64,000 nucleotides of DNA from Gemmatimonadaceae bacterium (GCA_051859245.1 JBHYGA010000001.1:1277722-1341721), one strand, 5' to 3'. Positions 1 to 9,165 are shown, counted from the first letter of the stretch. Numbers and translations are program-made. Notes: generated from the sequence alone by a model not told the origin.

Positions 1-60
1 GAGATTGACGCTTCGCCTGGTGGCGGTACGCGTATCACTCTTGAGCTTCCGCTGTCCTGA
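1..60 (+). CDS. 3' end of a sensor histidine kinase (HATPase_c), partial
   Basis: Frame 1 reads EIDASPGGGTRITLELPLS*, the typical G2-box/terminal strand of a HATPase_c domain; TGA at 58-60. Confidence 0.7.
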   Translation, partial: EIDASPGGGTRITLELPLS

Positions 61-92
61 TCGAATAGGCACATCCGCAACACGCGGCTGCT

Positions 93-128
93 CTACGCCG
101 TGGTCGTCTCACCATCCGGCGGCACGAT
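93..128. repeat. 36-bp direct repeat, copy 1 (orphan copy of the 3' end of gene 4996-5454)
   Basis: CTACGCCGTGGTCGTCTCACCATCCGGCGGCACGAT is identical to 4996-5031; extends to 41 bp with 1 mismatch (88-128 vs 4991-5031). Confidence 0.97.
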
Positions 129-179
129 CGGAGTCAGCCTCAGCAACGCTCCGGCGAGAGGCTCCCGCATGCGCGCGGA

Positions 180-1535
180 TCATGGATTCGTCGGAGACTT
201 CTCACTCACGTCGACTTCCCATTTGTCGAGTAGTTGCTTGAGCGCAGTCACGCGATCGGGATGACGCGCTGCCAGATCCGTCCGCTCTCCTACGTCGACG
301 GCGAGATCGAACAGGAGCAACTGTCCCGCGTCGTCCACCAACTTCCATGCGCCAGCACGGACGGCGCGCTGTTGCCGATTCGGTCGATTCCATCGCCAGA
401 ACAGTTGTCGCTCGCGAACGGGTTCCGTTCCGCGCAGTATCGGCAAGATGTCGATCCCATCCGGTCGGTAGCTCGATGGCAGGCGAACTCCAGCTGCGCT
501 GAGGATTGACGCCGTAATGTCGGTGGTGATGGCAACCTGCTGAGACACGGTGTTGCTCGGTAGTCGACCCCGCCAACGAAGAATCAGCGGCACGCGAATT
601 CCGCCTTCCCACAACGTACCTTTTCGGTGAAACAACGGCCAATTGTTCGACAGCCATTCGCCGCCGTTGTCGTTGGTGAACACAACCAACGTATTGTTCG
701 TGAGCCCGAGTTGGTCCAATGTCGCCAGAATAGCCCCGACACCCTGATCCGCGCGCTCGACCATTCGCACATAGTCCTGTCGGGTGGCTGGTGCGTGCTC
801 GTCGGGCATCTGACGCAATGATGTGGCGGTTCCAGACGCCGTCATCGGCGCACGAAGATCGGGCGGTTCGAACGGCCAATGCACGGCGTTGTACGCGACC
901 TCAAGAAAGAACGGCGCGTCAGCATTGCGCGTGATGAATGCGGTGCCGCGACGCGTGAGTTCATCCGTGAGATAGCCCGTGGCTTCAACTGGCGTTGCAT
1001 TTTCGAAAAGGTCAGGCGGACCAGCTCCAACTCCCCTGATGTCAGCGCGATTGGTGTAATAGGAGTGTGCGCCGCCGAGGAACCCGTAAAACTGGTCGAA
1101 CCCATGCGCGTTGGGTCCGAACTCCCGCTTCCATCCGAGATGCCACTTACCGACGAGGCCGGTCACGTATCCGCGCGTCTTGAGTAATGCTGGTAAAGAC
1201 GTGCCAACCGCGGGCAGCCCGAGTTCCTGATCGGCCGGAGATATCGTGAGAATGCCTTCGAGACCAACGCGTTGCGGATAGCGGCCACTCATCAAGGCGG
1301 CTCGCGTCGGCGTACAGACAGGGCCGTTGGCATAGGCATCGGTAAGCCGTACGCCTTCACGCGCCAAGCGATCGATGTTGGGCGTACGCACGTCCGCAGC
1401 GCCGAAGCTGCCGAGATCGCTGTAGCCGAGATCGTCCATCATGATGAGGACGATATTGGGAGGCCGCTGCGCAGATACGGGAGCGCCGATGACAAGCCAC
1501 AGAGCTGCAAGAATGACGATTCGCGATAGCATCAT
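180..1535 (-). CDS. Secreted Cys-type arylsulfatase-family sulfatase
   Basis: Signal peptide; PNIVLIMMDDLG, CTPTRAALMSGR (CxPxR), GKWHLG, DNGG and EGGIRVP motifs; ATGA overlap with the upstream amidohydrolase stop. Confidence 0.93.
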   Translation of the reverse strand: MMLSRIVILAALWLVIGAPVSAQRPPNIVLIMMDDLGYSDLGSFGAADVRTPNIDRLAREGVRLTDAYANGPVCTPTRAALMSGRYPQRVGLEGILTISPADQELGLPAVGTSLPALLKTRGYVTGLVGKWHLGWKREFGPNAHGFDQFYGFLGGAHSYYTNRADIRGVGAGPPDLFENATPVEATGYLTDELTRRGTAFITRNADAPFFLEVAYNAVHWPFEPPDLRAPMTASGTATSLRQMPDEHAPATRQDYVRMVERADQGVGAILATLDQLGLTNNTLVVFTNDNGGEWLSNNWPLFHRKGTLWEGGIRVPLILRWRGRLPSNTVSQQVAITTDITASILSAAGVRLPSSYRPDGIDILPILRGTEPVRERQLFWRWNRPNRQQRAVRAGAWKLVDDAGQLLLFDLAVDVGERTDLAARHPDRVTALKQLLDKWEVDVSEKSPTNP

Positions 1536-2977
1536 TGGATTTTCTGCGGATTGCGTGGCGGGGTGTCGGGGCCACTGGGCGGTGTCAGCACGCGACCTTG
1601 CTTCATACGCAGTCGAATACGCCGCACATTTGCCCAGTTGACGAGAGGGTCACCTTCGAGCGCGAGAAAGCTCGCCTCGTAACCGTCCTCCAACGCGCCG
1701 ATCCGGCGACCCGGGAAAATCGCTCGTGGCGTATCACTGCTCCACATCTTGAGCAGCGAAGCACGGCTCCAGACTCCGAGAGCTTCCAGCTGTTCTGCCT
1801 CTCGCACTGACGTATCAGTGGGATCGTCACTGCCGACCACGACTGTAACGCCGGCGTCACGCAGCTGGCGCAAACTGGCGGCGACATGTGGTCGCAATGC
1901 CGCGCGTAATGAGTCCGGAGCGCGTGTGAGTACTGCGACGGTGGTGATCACTGCAATGCGGCGGCGCGCTGCTTCGCGCGCATCAGCAAGCGCAATCGGA
2001 GCATAGGCGCCACCCGGTGGGTTGGGCGAAGTGAGCACGTCGACCAGCCGACGAGAGAGTCTCGCAGGGTTCGCCATCGCGCGAGGATCGGCGGCTTCAG
2101 TCTCGATAGTATTGAAAAAGCTTGGCGCGCCGGAATGTGCGATCATATCGACACCGGCCGATACGGCGTTTCGAAAGTCGATGGCGTCGTTCACGTGCGC
2201 GCTGACACGCAAGCCGTCACGATGCGCTCGCGTAACGAGCGCCGACAGCACCTCCGGTGCAAGACCTCGACGTCCCGAATAGGAGGAATCGCTGCGACGG
2301 CGCTCGTGCTCATCCGAGCCCCAGAGCACTGCTTTCACGAAGTCGGGACGAAGTGCACGCACGCGTGCCCAGGTGGCCTCCAACTCGCCCAAGGAATCAA
2401 GCGTGACATATGTGCTGTCTCGCAAGCGATCAGGGCCAAAGGCAGACGGGTACCATCCTTGGGCACGAAGTACGCGCTCGTGCAGCGGGATGGGGTGTCC
2501 ACCATCGGCGGTGACAAATGCCTGTGCCAGTGCGACGTCGGGGCCATCGAGTCCGTTCATCGGCAACTGCGCACGAAGCGAACTGCTGACCGCAAAGTTG
2601 CCCTGGATGGCGACGTACAGAACGCCATCGGCGACGTATCGGGCGAGCGCAGCACGAGCGCGCGCTGGCACGGCACCGTCCACATTGTGGTTGTGCGCCT
2701 CACCGAACGGCGGCACGACCCAAGCGCCCACCAGGTCAATCGTGCTGTCCACACGCGCTGGACGACGTGATGCAAAGCGCCCGGAAACGATGTAGACCGT
2801 GCGGGATACAAATCTGGTGCCGTCGAACCATCGTCCGCCGGTCAGTTCGAAGTTGCGTTGCGGCTGGGCTCGCCTACTGATCGCAGCCTCTTGCATTGCC
2901 GCGCGTTCAGGCACGAGCACGGTGCACAGCGCGACCATGGCAGCGGTGATCACTGACCGCGTCAAAGAAAGTGGCAA
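1532..2977 (-). CDS. Secreted metal-dependent amidohydrolase
   Basis: PPFGEAHNH (HxH), SAHVN, IAH, VGSD, GALEDGYEASF motifs. Start re-set to TTG 2977, preceded by GGAGG and a 5-nt spacer just after the upstream stop; signal peptide follows. Confidence 0.85.
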   Translation of the reverse strand: MPLSLTRSVITAAMVALCTVLVPERAAMQEAAISRRAQPQRNFELTGGRWFDGTRFVSRTVYIVSGRFASRRPARVDSTIDLVGAWVVPPFGEAHNHNVDGAVPARARAALARYVADGVLYVAIQGNFAVSSSLRAQLPMNGLDGPDVALAQAFVTADGGHPIPLHERVLRAQGWYPSAFGPDRLRDSTYVTLDSLGELEATWARVRALRPDFVKAVLWGSDEHERRRSDSSYSGRRGLAPEVLSALVTRAHRDGLRVSAHVNDAIDFRNAVSAGVDMIAHSGAPSFFNTIETEAADPRAMANPARLSRRLVDVLTSPNPPGGAYAPIALADAREAARRRIAVITTVAVLTRAPDSLRAALRPHVAASLRQLRDAGVTVVVGSDDPTDTSVREAEQLEALGVWSRASLLKMWSSDTPRAIFPGRRIGALEDGYEASFLALEGDPLVNWANVRRIRLRMKQGRVLTPPSGPDTPPRNPQKIQ

Positions 2978-2987
2978 GGGTGCCTCC

Positions 2988-3524
2988 CTACTGTCCGGGG
3001 AGGCGCGGCATCGCTTCCGTGTTCTGCGATGCCACAACCACCCAGCGAGCACCCTGCTTCTCAACAATCCAGGTGAAGAGTCCGCGCCGCGGCTCTCCAA
3101 ACTTGACGTGCGGCACACGGTCTCCCGTCGTTCGCCAGACGACGTGTACAATGGCGATATCGGGGCGGAGCCATCGGACGACGGTGACGTCTTCGGTTGT
3201 CCATTGGCTGTCCGCGAACATGGATCGCAGGATGACCTCGTGGCCTGCTCTGAACGCGTCTCGGCCGCCGCGCCCAAATCCCGGTGTTTCGGGTCCCTTA
3301 ACTGATACGAATACCAGTCGGGGATCCATGATGGACGCGAGACCGTTCGCGTCACGACGATTCCAGGCCTCCTCCCAGACCTTCGCCAGCGAACGAATCG
3401 CGAGCTCGTCTGGGCGGCGATCCACGGTGCTCGCCTCTTGGGAGATCCCTTGGCGAGGTAGCATGCCAGTCAATACCAGAATGCTCATCGCAACGCTCAG
3501 CCATTTGCTTCGAACTATCGTCAC
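2988..3524 (-). CDS. SnoaL/NTF2-like (SgcJ/EcaC, DUF4440) protein with signal peptide
   Basis: AIRSLAKVWEEAWNRRDA...VRWLRPDIAIVH...WVVVASQNT pattern; GTG 3524 with GAGGA upstream. Confidence 0.75.
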   Translation of the reverse strand: MTIVRSKWLSVAMSILVLTGMLPRQGISQEASTVDRRPDELAIRSLAKVWEEAWNRRDANGLASIMDPRLVFVSVKGPETPGFGRGGRDAFRAGHEVILRSMFADSQWTTEDVTVVRWLRPDIAIVHVVWRTTGDRVPHVKFGEPRRGLFTWIVEKQGARWVVVASQNTEAMPRLPGQ

Positions 3525-3608
3525 GACTCGATCCTCGTGGTTGTGAACAGGGGCATTCGTAACGGTTGCTGTGGACGGGTCGCTGTCTCTTGCGTGGCAA
3601 ACGCACGC

Positions 3609-3622
3609 CGCGAATATTCGCG
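3609..3622. promoter_or_regulatory. Perfect 14-bp palindrome, candidate operator
   Basis: CGCGAATATTCGCG, centred in the divergent intergenic region between the hydrolase operon and the LuxR regulator. Confidence 0.35.
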
Positions 3623-3688
3623 TTGTCGACCCCGCGCGCGTCCACCGAATGGTGGACACCGCCGCGTCGCAGCGGTGTACTCGTCCCT

Positions 3689-4888
3689 ATGGCAAGCATT
3701 GCATCGACTGCGTCATTTTCTCATCTGGTCGGACGCATCTACGATTCCGCAATCGACCCGGATGTCTGGCCCGAGACGCTTGCGCTGTTGCAGCAGGAAC
3801 TCGGCTTCTCAACCGCCTCCCTCACACTCGTCGCGCTTCCGGCAGGAGAACTGCTGCTACAAGTCGCGAGCGGCATTCCGCAGGAGTGGCTCGCGCGCAC
3901 TGGAGAGTATGCCGCCGACGTGATCGAGTTATGGGGTGGTGCCGAGGTTGCGCAGCGATTTCCGATCGATCGTGCAGCCGTCGTGTCACGAGTCAACCCT
4001 GCAGCTCTCCGTCCAGAATCGCTCAATCGATATGCTCGCGAGTGGGCCTTTCCGCAGGGCTTGGTTGACTCCATGGCGCTCCTACTTGCGCGCAATCAAT
4101 TCGCGGTGGGATCGATTGGCCTAGGCCGCCACATTGATGACGGCCCGATCGGCGATAGAGAAGTCGCACACGGCGAGCTGTTGCTCCCGCACCTCCAGCG
4201 CGCGGCTGCGATCAGCCGTTTGCTGGATGTGCGAGGCTCGGGCACGAGTGCCTTCTCATCGGTGATTGATGCGCTCACGACGCCAGTGTTTCTCGTCACC
4301 AGTGACGCAACCATCCTGTACGCAAACGAAGCGGCCCAAATATTTCTATCGTCGGAGACCACGCTCACGACGTTCCGCAATATGCTGTCCGCGACGCAAC
4401 CTCACGTAGCGCGAGCACTCGCTCGTGCAATTTCGCAGTGCGCATCAATGGATGTGGCTCAGTACGCAACCCGTGTGTCGGATGCGCGCGATATTGAGCC
4501 GCTGGGCATAGCCGTGCGAAGCATAACAGGGATACATGCACTGCATATCCTCCCGCTACGCGGGGAGGCACGATCTGCCATACTGTCCGGTGCTGCCGCT
4601 GCGGTGTTCGTCGCAGGGGCTGCGAAACCCGCGAACGGAGCGGCAATGACGGCTGCTGCACTATTCGGACTGACGCCGGCAGAAACGAGAGTGTTCGAAC
4701 GCATCGCGTCTGGACTGACGCGTGCGGAGACCGCCCACGCACTCGGCATCAAGTCGAGCACCGTGCAGACGCACTTGCTCCGCGTGTTTGCCAAGCTGGG
4801 TGTGCGTCGCCAGGCGGACGTCGTACAGCTTGCGGCAACGCTTGCGCCGCCGATTTTACATCTCGATTCGCGACCAGTTCGCACTTAG
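3689..4888 (+). CDS. LuxR-family HTH regulator with N-terminal GAF-like and PAS-like regions
   Basis: C-terminal FGLTPAETRV...IASG...TVQTHLLRVFAKLGVRRQADVV; N-terminal IYDSAIDPDVW; central PVFLV...ILYANEAA PAS-like segment. Confidence 0.88.
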   Translation: MASIASTASFSHLVGRIYDSAIDPDVWPETLALLQQELGFSTASLTLVALPAGELLLQVASGIPQEWLARTGEYAADVIELWGGAEVAQRFPIDRAAVVSRVNPAALRPESLNRYAREWAFPQGLVDSMALLLARNQFAVGSIGLGRHIDDGPIGDREVAHGELLLPHLQRAAAISRLLDVRGSGTSAFSSVIDALTTPVFLVTSDATILYANEAAQIFLSSETTLTTFRNMLSATQPHVARALARAISQCASMDVAQYATRVSDARDIEPLGIAVRSITGIHALHILPLRGEARSAILSGAAAAVFVAGAAKPANGAAMTAAALFGLTPAETRVFERIASGLTRAETAHALGIKSSTVQTHLLRVFAKLGVRRQADVVQLAATLAPPILHLDSRPVRT

Positions 4889-4958
4889 CAACGTGGACGC
4901 CTCCGCGATCGGTGTGCGTAGTGATCGAAGGGGAGCCCCCAAGTTCTCGCGCTCATGT

Positions 4959-4990
4959 CGGCCACCTGATCTCGGTGGCCGTTTGCGTTT
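4959..4990 (+). terminator. Intrinsic terminator between convergent genes
   Basis: CGGCCACC-tgatctc-GGTGGCCG followed by TTTGCGTTT. Confidence 0.65.
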
Positions 4991-4995
4991 CTGCA

Positions 4996-5031
4996 CTACG
5001 CCGTGGTCGTCTCACCATCCGGCGGCACGAT
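4996..5031. repeat. 36-bp direct repeat, copy 2 (last 11 codons plus stop of gene 4996-5454)
   Basis: Identical to 93-128; on the minus strand it encodes IVPPDGETTTA*. Confidence 0.97.
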
Positions 5032-5454
5032 GTCTTCGATCGTGAAGCGGCCGTGGAACGTGACCGTGTGCGCGTCGTGCTGCGCGAGAATCTCCGACGC
5101 ACGCTCCTTGCGCTCTTCGGTGGGCGCGGCGACGAGCACCACATAGTGCCCGTCACGCATGGCCTGCTCGTAGCGCGACTTTACTTCCATTTCCACGTTC
5201 TCAATGCCGAGTGCTTCGGCGATGCGGATCGCGATGCCGGCCAGGCCGGTGCGGCCGGGACTGGCGTCGAGTTCATTCGCGTACGTCGTGCCGCAGTGTA
5301 CGTGAATTTCGGAATCGAGGAAGCCGTTGGCCATGAGATCCGGCACCAGCGCTGACACGTGCTGCGCGGTGTCCACGACGCCAACGACATGGTTGGCGGG
5401 ATAGTGAATGAGATCGCCTTCGTCGGCGACGTGGTTCGCTTCGTCCTGTGTCAT
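4996..5454 (-). CDS. Hypothetical protein, general-stress-protein-like
   Basis: 152 aa, natural composition; VVGVVDT...GF.DSEIHV...YEQAMRDGHYVVLVAA...ASEIL pattern resembles small stress-associated alpha/beta proteins. Confidence 0.7.
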   Translation of the reverse strand: MTQDEANHVADEGDLIHYPANHVVGVVDTAQHVSALVPDLMANGFLDSEIHVHCGTTYANELDASPGRTGLAGIAIRIAEALGIENVEMEVKSRYEQAMRDGHYVVLVAAPTEERKERASEILAQHDAHTVTFHGRFTIEDIVPPDGETTTA

Positions 5455-5532
5455 GCAGATTCACATATGAGAGAGATGGTGGCGCGCGCAGTTCGCGCTG
5501 CGGACCGGTTGAAAGCTAGTGAGCGACATCGC

Positions 5533-5565
5533 TGACGGCGGCGGCAATTGGCACCGCCGCCGTCA
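5533..5565. terminator. 12-bp stem hairpin, probable terminator of the upstream minus-strand gene
   Basis: TGACGGCGGCGG-N9-CCGCCGCCGTCA just past the 5574 stop; no clear U-tract. Confidence 0.5.
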
Positions 5566-5573
5566 CGGCTCCG

Positions 5574-5792
5574 TTACTTCCGGCGCGTCTGTCGGCTCAG
5601 CAAGACCATGCTGGCAACAAACAACGCGCCGCACAGCGCCAGCAACGGCGTCTTGAGCGACGGCGGTGCGTAGATGGCGGCGATGAGCGGAACAAAGCAG
5701 GCCAGACACACAACCAGCCAGGGTTCCTGCTGGTACCATGGTCGATGATCAATCTGCCGCTGGGGTGATACGTCGTGGTCGTCGGATTTCAT
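5574..5792 (-). CDS. Small membrane protein (72 aa, 2 TM)
   Basis: MKSDD...WLVVCLACFVPLIAAIY...LLALCGALFVASMVLL-SRQTRRK: two hydrophobic helices and a basic tail. Confidence 0.6.
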   Translation of the reverse strand: MKSDDHDVSPQRQIDHRPWYQQEPWLVVCLACFVPLIAAIYAPPSLKTPLLALCGALFVASMVLLSRQTRRK

Positions 5793-5919
5793 TGAGAATA
5801 TGCAGTTGCTCGACATCCACGTGCAGCGCGGGCGCGCCAAGGGCGCAGCCTCCCGGAAGCGGGATGCCAATAGTTTGGTGCAAGGGCGCACTGATGCGCG
5901 ATTGAGTCTTCGCGAGCGA

Positions 5920-6300
5920 CTAGAGTCGCGGCGGCGGCGCGGTGGGAAAGTACGGAAGCACACTCCCGCGCGACGCGACGCGGTGATGTGTTGCGCGAAC
6001 AACTCGCTGGCCAGCGTTGGCGGCAGCGGCGCGCGAGCGAAACGCCGCGCGCTCGAGTGGTGGCGAGTCGCTTCGATCGGGGATCACCACGCCCGACGAC
6101 TGCGAGACCAGCACCGCGGCGGTTCGAGCAGGGCTGCGTAACGCGTGTTGTGACGACAGCGCGGATGCAGTGGCCCAGCCCGGATTCGAATCACTGGCTG
6201 CGGCAATCGCCAATGCACGCTCGCTCAGCGCCGTGGTCGGCGAACACGAGTGCGAAAAGGCGCCGAGCAGCGCGAGCCAGAGCAGGGAGATGCAACGCAT
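5920..6300 (-). CDS. Hypothetical exported protein with C-terminal YFPTAPPP
   Basis: MRCISLLWLALLGAFSHSC signal-like N-terminus, Ala/Ser-rich middle, ends RGSVLPYFPTAPPPRL; TAGCTT 8 nt upstream of the ATG. Confidence 0.5.
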   Translation of the reverse strand: MRCISLLWLALLGAFSHSCSPTTALSERALAIAAASDSNPGWATASALSSQHALRSPARTAAVLVSQSSGVVIPDRSDSPPLERAAFRSRAAAANAGQRVVRATHHRVASRGSVLPYFPTAPPPRL

Positions 6301-6362
6301 TACAGCGAAAGCTATCGAACTGGACACGAACGGTGGTGGTGCACGGCGATTAGCTTGAGCAG

Positions 6363-7688
6363 ATGGGAGAAATCGTCACCGAAGTGATCGTCATCTTGAT
6401 TCTGCTCGTGATCAACGGCGTGTTCTCCATGTCCGAGTTGGCGGTCATGACAGCGCGTCGTACGCGGCTCGAGCATCGATCGGAAGAAGACGGCGATCTG
6501 GGCGCCCGGGCGGCGCTCGAACTCGCCGCACATCCAACGGCGTTCCTTTCCACGGTGCAGATCGGCATTACGCTTGTTGGCGTGCTGGCCGGTGCGTTTG
6601 GTGGCGCGGGTATTGCCGAGGTGCTCGCCGAGCAGATGCGCGGTGTGACATGGCTCGCGCCCTACGCGACTACGCTGGCGTTCGCGATTGTTGTGGCGGC
6701 GATCACATTTCTGTCGCTGATCATCGGTGAGTTGGTCCCCAAACGCATCGCGCTGAGCAATCCGGAACGTGTCGCCTCTCTGGTCTCACGACCCATGCGA
6801 GTTGTGGCCAGCTTTGGCGGCCCGGTGGTGCGCATGCTCACCAAAACCACGAATCTGGTGCTGCGCGTGCTGGGTCTGGGCACGGTGAGCGAAGCCGGTG
6901 TGACCGAGCAGGATATTCGCGCGATGGTCGAACAGGGCGCGGAATCCGGTGTCGTGCAAGAAGCCGAGCGCGCGATCGTGGAGAACACGTTCCGACTCGG
7001 CGATCGTGCGGTGGAGTCCATCATGACACCACGTCCGGATGTGCAGTGGGTGGATCTGGCGGACGGGCCAGACGCGGTACGCGTCCAGTTGGAAGAAGCG
7101 GTGCGTGATCGGTTTCTTGTGTGCGATGGCACGCTGGATCACGTGGTGGGATTGGTGCACGCCGAGGACATTGTATCGCGCCTTTTTGCCGGCGACGCCG
7201 TGCCGGATTCGGCCGGACTGCGCACGCTGGCACGTGAGTCGATCTTTGTGCCCGCCACCATGCCGGTGTTTGAAATGCTCGACCGCTTCCGTCAGTCGCG
7301 ACAGCACGCGGCGATTGTACTGGACGAATACGGGAGCGTCGCTGGACTGGTATCGCTGGATGATGTGCTCGAGGCTCTGATTGGCGAAGTGCCAGACGAC
7401 GCAGCCGATGAACTCGATTTTGTTCGCGCCGCTGACGGCTCGTGGATTGTGGACGCCACGGCCCCGCTCGATGAAGTCGAGAGCAACCTGGATCTCGAGA
7501 TCACTGAGGACGAGCGCGAAGAGATCCTGACCTTGGGCGGTTTTGTGATGGCACGGCTGGGACGCGTGCCTCGGGAGGGCGACATGTTCCAGTGGTCCGG
7601 TCGCACCGTGAAGGTGCTCAAAATGAAAGGCCGGCGAGTGGAGCGGGTCTCGATCAGCAGTTCGACAACCATACGAGACGAACAGTAG
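6363..7688 (+). CDS. HlyC/CorC (CNNM-CBS-CorC) family transporter
   Basis: INGVFSMSELA, FLSTVQIGITL, IGELVPKRIA, IMTPR, VLDEYG motifs and a C-terminal CorC domain. Confidence 0.93.
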   Translation: MGEIVTEVIVILILLVINGVFSMSELAVMTARRTRLEHRSEEDGDLGARAALELAAHPTAFLSTVQIGITLVGVLAGAFGGAGIAEVLAEQMRGVTWLAPYATTLAFAIVVAAITFLSLIIGELVPKRIALSNPERVASLVSRPMRVVASFGGPVVRMLTKTTNLVLRVLGLGTVSEAGVTEQDIRAMVEQGAESGVVQEAERAIVENTFRLGDRAVESIMTPRPDVQWVDLADGPDAVRVQLEEAVRDRFLVCDGTLDHVVGLVHAEDIVSRLFAGDAVPDSAGLRTLARESIFVPATMPVFEMLDRFRQSRQHAAIVLDEYGSVAGLVSLDDVLEALIGEVPDDAADELDFVRAADGSWIVDATAPLDEVESNLDLEITEDEREEILTLGGFVMARLGRVPREGDMFQWSGRTVKVLKMKGRRVERVSISSSTTIRDEQ

Positions 7689-7733
7689 ATTCTGGTAGCT
7701 CGTGGTCTGTTGTATCCCGCCTCCGGAGTGCTC

Positions 7734-8588
7734 ATGCGCAACATCCTGTCTCTCAGCACCGTCGTCTTGCTCGCCGGTTGCTCGCTCCTTGGCGGTCGGT
7801 CCACTTCCAGCGACGGCCCCGCGTCAACGCAACCGGTGACCATTGCGCCTGGTGCGGGCACCGCGCAGGCACGAATCGCCGCGTCACCACGCAGAGCGGA
7901 ATGGGTGGCGATCAAGGTTGGCGCCATCGATAGTGTGATGGCGTGGGTGGTGTATCCGTCGCGCACCGACAAGGCGGCGGTGGTTATCGCGTTGCACGAA
8001 AACACGGGCATTAATACATGGACCCGCTCGGTGGCCGATCAGTTGGCCGCAGACGGATTCATCGGGATCGCGCCCGACCTCACCACCATGTTCCGCGAAG
8101 GCGATCTCAAGGCGGATCCAACGTCTGATCTCGGGCGCGCGGCGATCGGAAAAGTGACGCCGGAAATTGGCACACGCATTCTTGACGCGGTGGCGAAGTA
8201 CGGCATGGCACTGCCAAACGCACTCCCGAAATACGGCATCGTTGGATTCTGCTGGGGCGGGGCGCGCTCGTTCCTGCACGCGACCACGTCACCCGCACTT
8301 GGTGCTTCGGTTGTGTACTACGGCTCGCCGCCAACACCAGAACAAATGCGTGCGATCAAAGCGCCCGTGCTCGGCTTGTATGGCGGCAACGACGCGCGGA
8401 TCAACGCCACGATCCCTGCCACCGATTCCACGATGAAGGCGCTCGGCAAGTCGTACGAGTCGCACATTTTCGAAGGCGCTGGGCACGGGTTCTTGCGAGC
8501 GCAAGACAACAATCCGGCGAACGCATCGGCGTCGGCGCAGGCGTGGCCGAAAACGATCGCATTCTTCAAACAACATCTCTCACGCTGA
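7734..8588 (+). CDS. Dienelactone hydrolase family lipoprotein
   Basis: Lipobox LLAGC; GFCWGG nucleophile elbow; YGGND and GAGHGF; GGAG SD. Confidence 0.9.
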   Translation: MRNILSLSTVVLLAGCSLLGGRSTSSDGPASTQPVTIAPGAGTAQARIAASPRRAEWVAIKVGAIDSVMAWVVYPSRTDKAAVVIALHENTGINTWTRSVADQLAADGFIGIAPDLTTMFREGDLKADPTSDLGRAAIGKVTPEIGTRILDAVAKYGMALPNALPKYGIVGFCWGGARSFLHATTSPALGASVVYYGSPPTPEQMRAIKAPVLGLYGGNDARINATIPATDSTMKALGKSYESHIFEGAGHGFLRAQDNNPANASASAQAWPKTIAFFKQHLSR

Positions 8589-8601
8589 GATGATGCGTTC
8601 G

Positions 8602-8625
8602 GCGCGCGCGATCACTCGCGCGCGC
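8602..8625. terminator. Hairpin between convergent genes
   Basis: GCGCGCGCGA-tcac-TCGCGCGCGC. Confidence 0.5.
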
Positions 8626-8637
8626 GCTGTCTCGCTC

Positions 8638-9165
8638 TTAGAATCCCCAGCCGATGGAGAGGCGCAGAATAGGTAACACCGCGCGGAAAGCCGGTCGATC
8701 CTCCGCGAAGAAAATGCGCGTTGCCCCTGCGCCCGCCGTCACGGCCACGCGTTCTTCTGCACCAAGCAGCCACTGACGCTCACCGGTGAAGCCAAGATTC
8801 ATGCCTACGCTGTTCTCACCGTTGTCTGCGTCTTCAGACAGGCGAACAAATCCGAGCACGGCACCGACAGACACACCGTCAAGCGCGCGTCCGCTCACGT
8901 AATAGCGAGCGCGTCCTTCCAGCGTGAGGTAGTCGGCTTTTGAAAAGTTGAAGCTCGCGAACGAGGCACCCAACGAAACGCTTGGGCCGACACGCTGCTC
9001 AATGTCGGCGGCGAGACTGCCTCGCACCACGAGCAGCACCGGGTTCACGCTCACGATGCGCGAGAAGCCCACGGGCTCATCAGAGAAGCTTTGCGCCGCC
9101 GCCAACGACGGCGACGCGGCAACGAGTAGCGAACAGGCAAGCGCAGAGAAAAATCCAGCGCGCAC
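8638..9165 (-). CDS. Small outer-membrane beta-barrel protein (DUF3575-like)
   Basis: Signal peptide, alternating beta-strand pattern, C-terminal LSIGWGF; GGAGG SD. Confidence 0.7.
   Translation of the reverse strand: MRAGFFSALACSLLVAASPSLAAAQSFSDEPVGFSRIVSVNPVLLVVRGSLAADIEQRVGPSVSLGASFASFNFSKADYLTLEGRARYYVSGRALDGVSVGAVLGFVRLSEDADNGENSVGMNLGFTGERQWLLGAEERVAVTAGAGATRIFFAEDRPAFRAVLPILRLSIGWGF

Noticed and set aside
129..180. Possible integron attC or IS ends at the islet edges
   Set aside because: No RYYYAAC/GTTRRRY pair; only 7-8 bp chance-level matches to 4890-4940; no transposase or integrase.
2978..3355. N-terminal extension of the 607-aa amidohydrolase ORF
   Set aside because: Overlaps the SnoaL-like gene on the same strand; a GGAGG-TTG start at 2977 gives a clean signal peptide.
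5845..5883. TTGGCATCCCGCTTCC (minus) sigma54-like site and a TGGTGCA NtrC-like half site
   Set aside because: The -12 GC is missing and the second NtrC half-site matches poorly.
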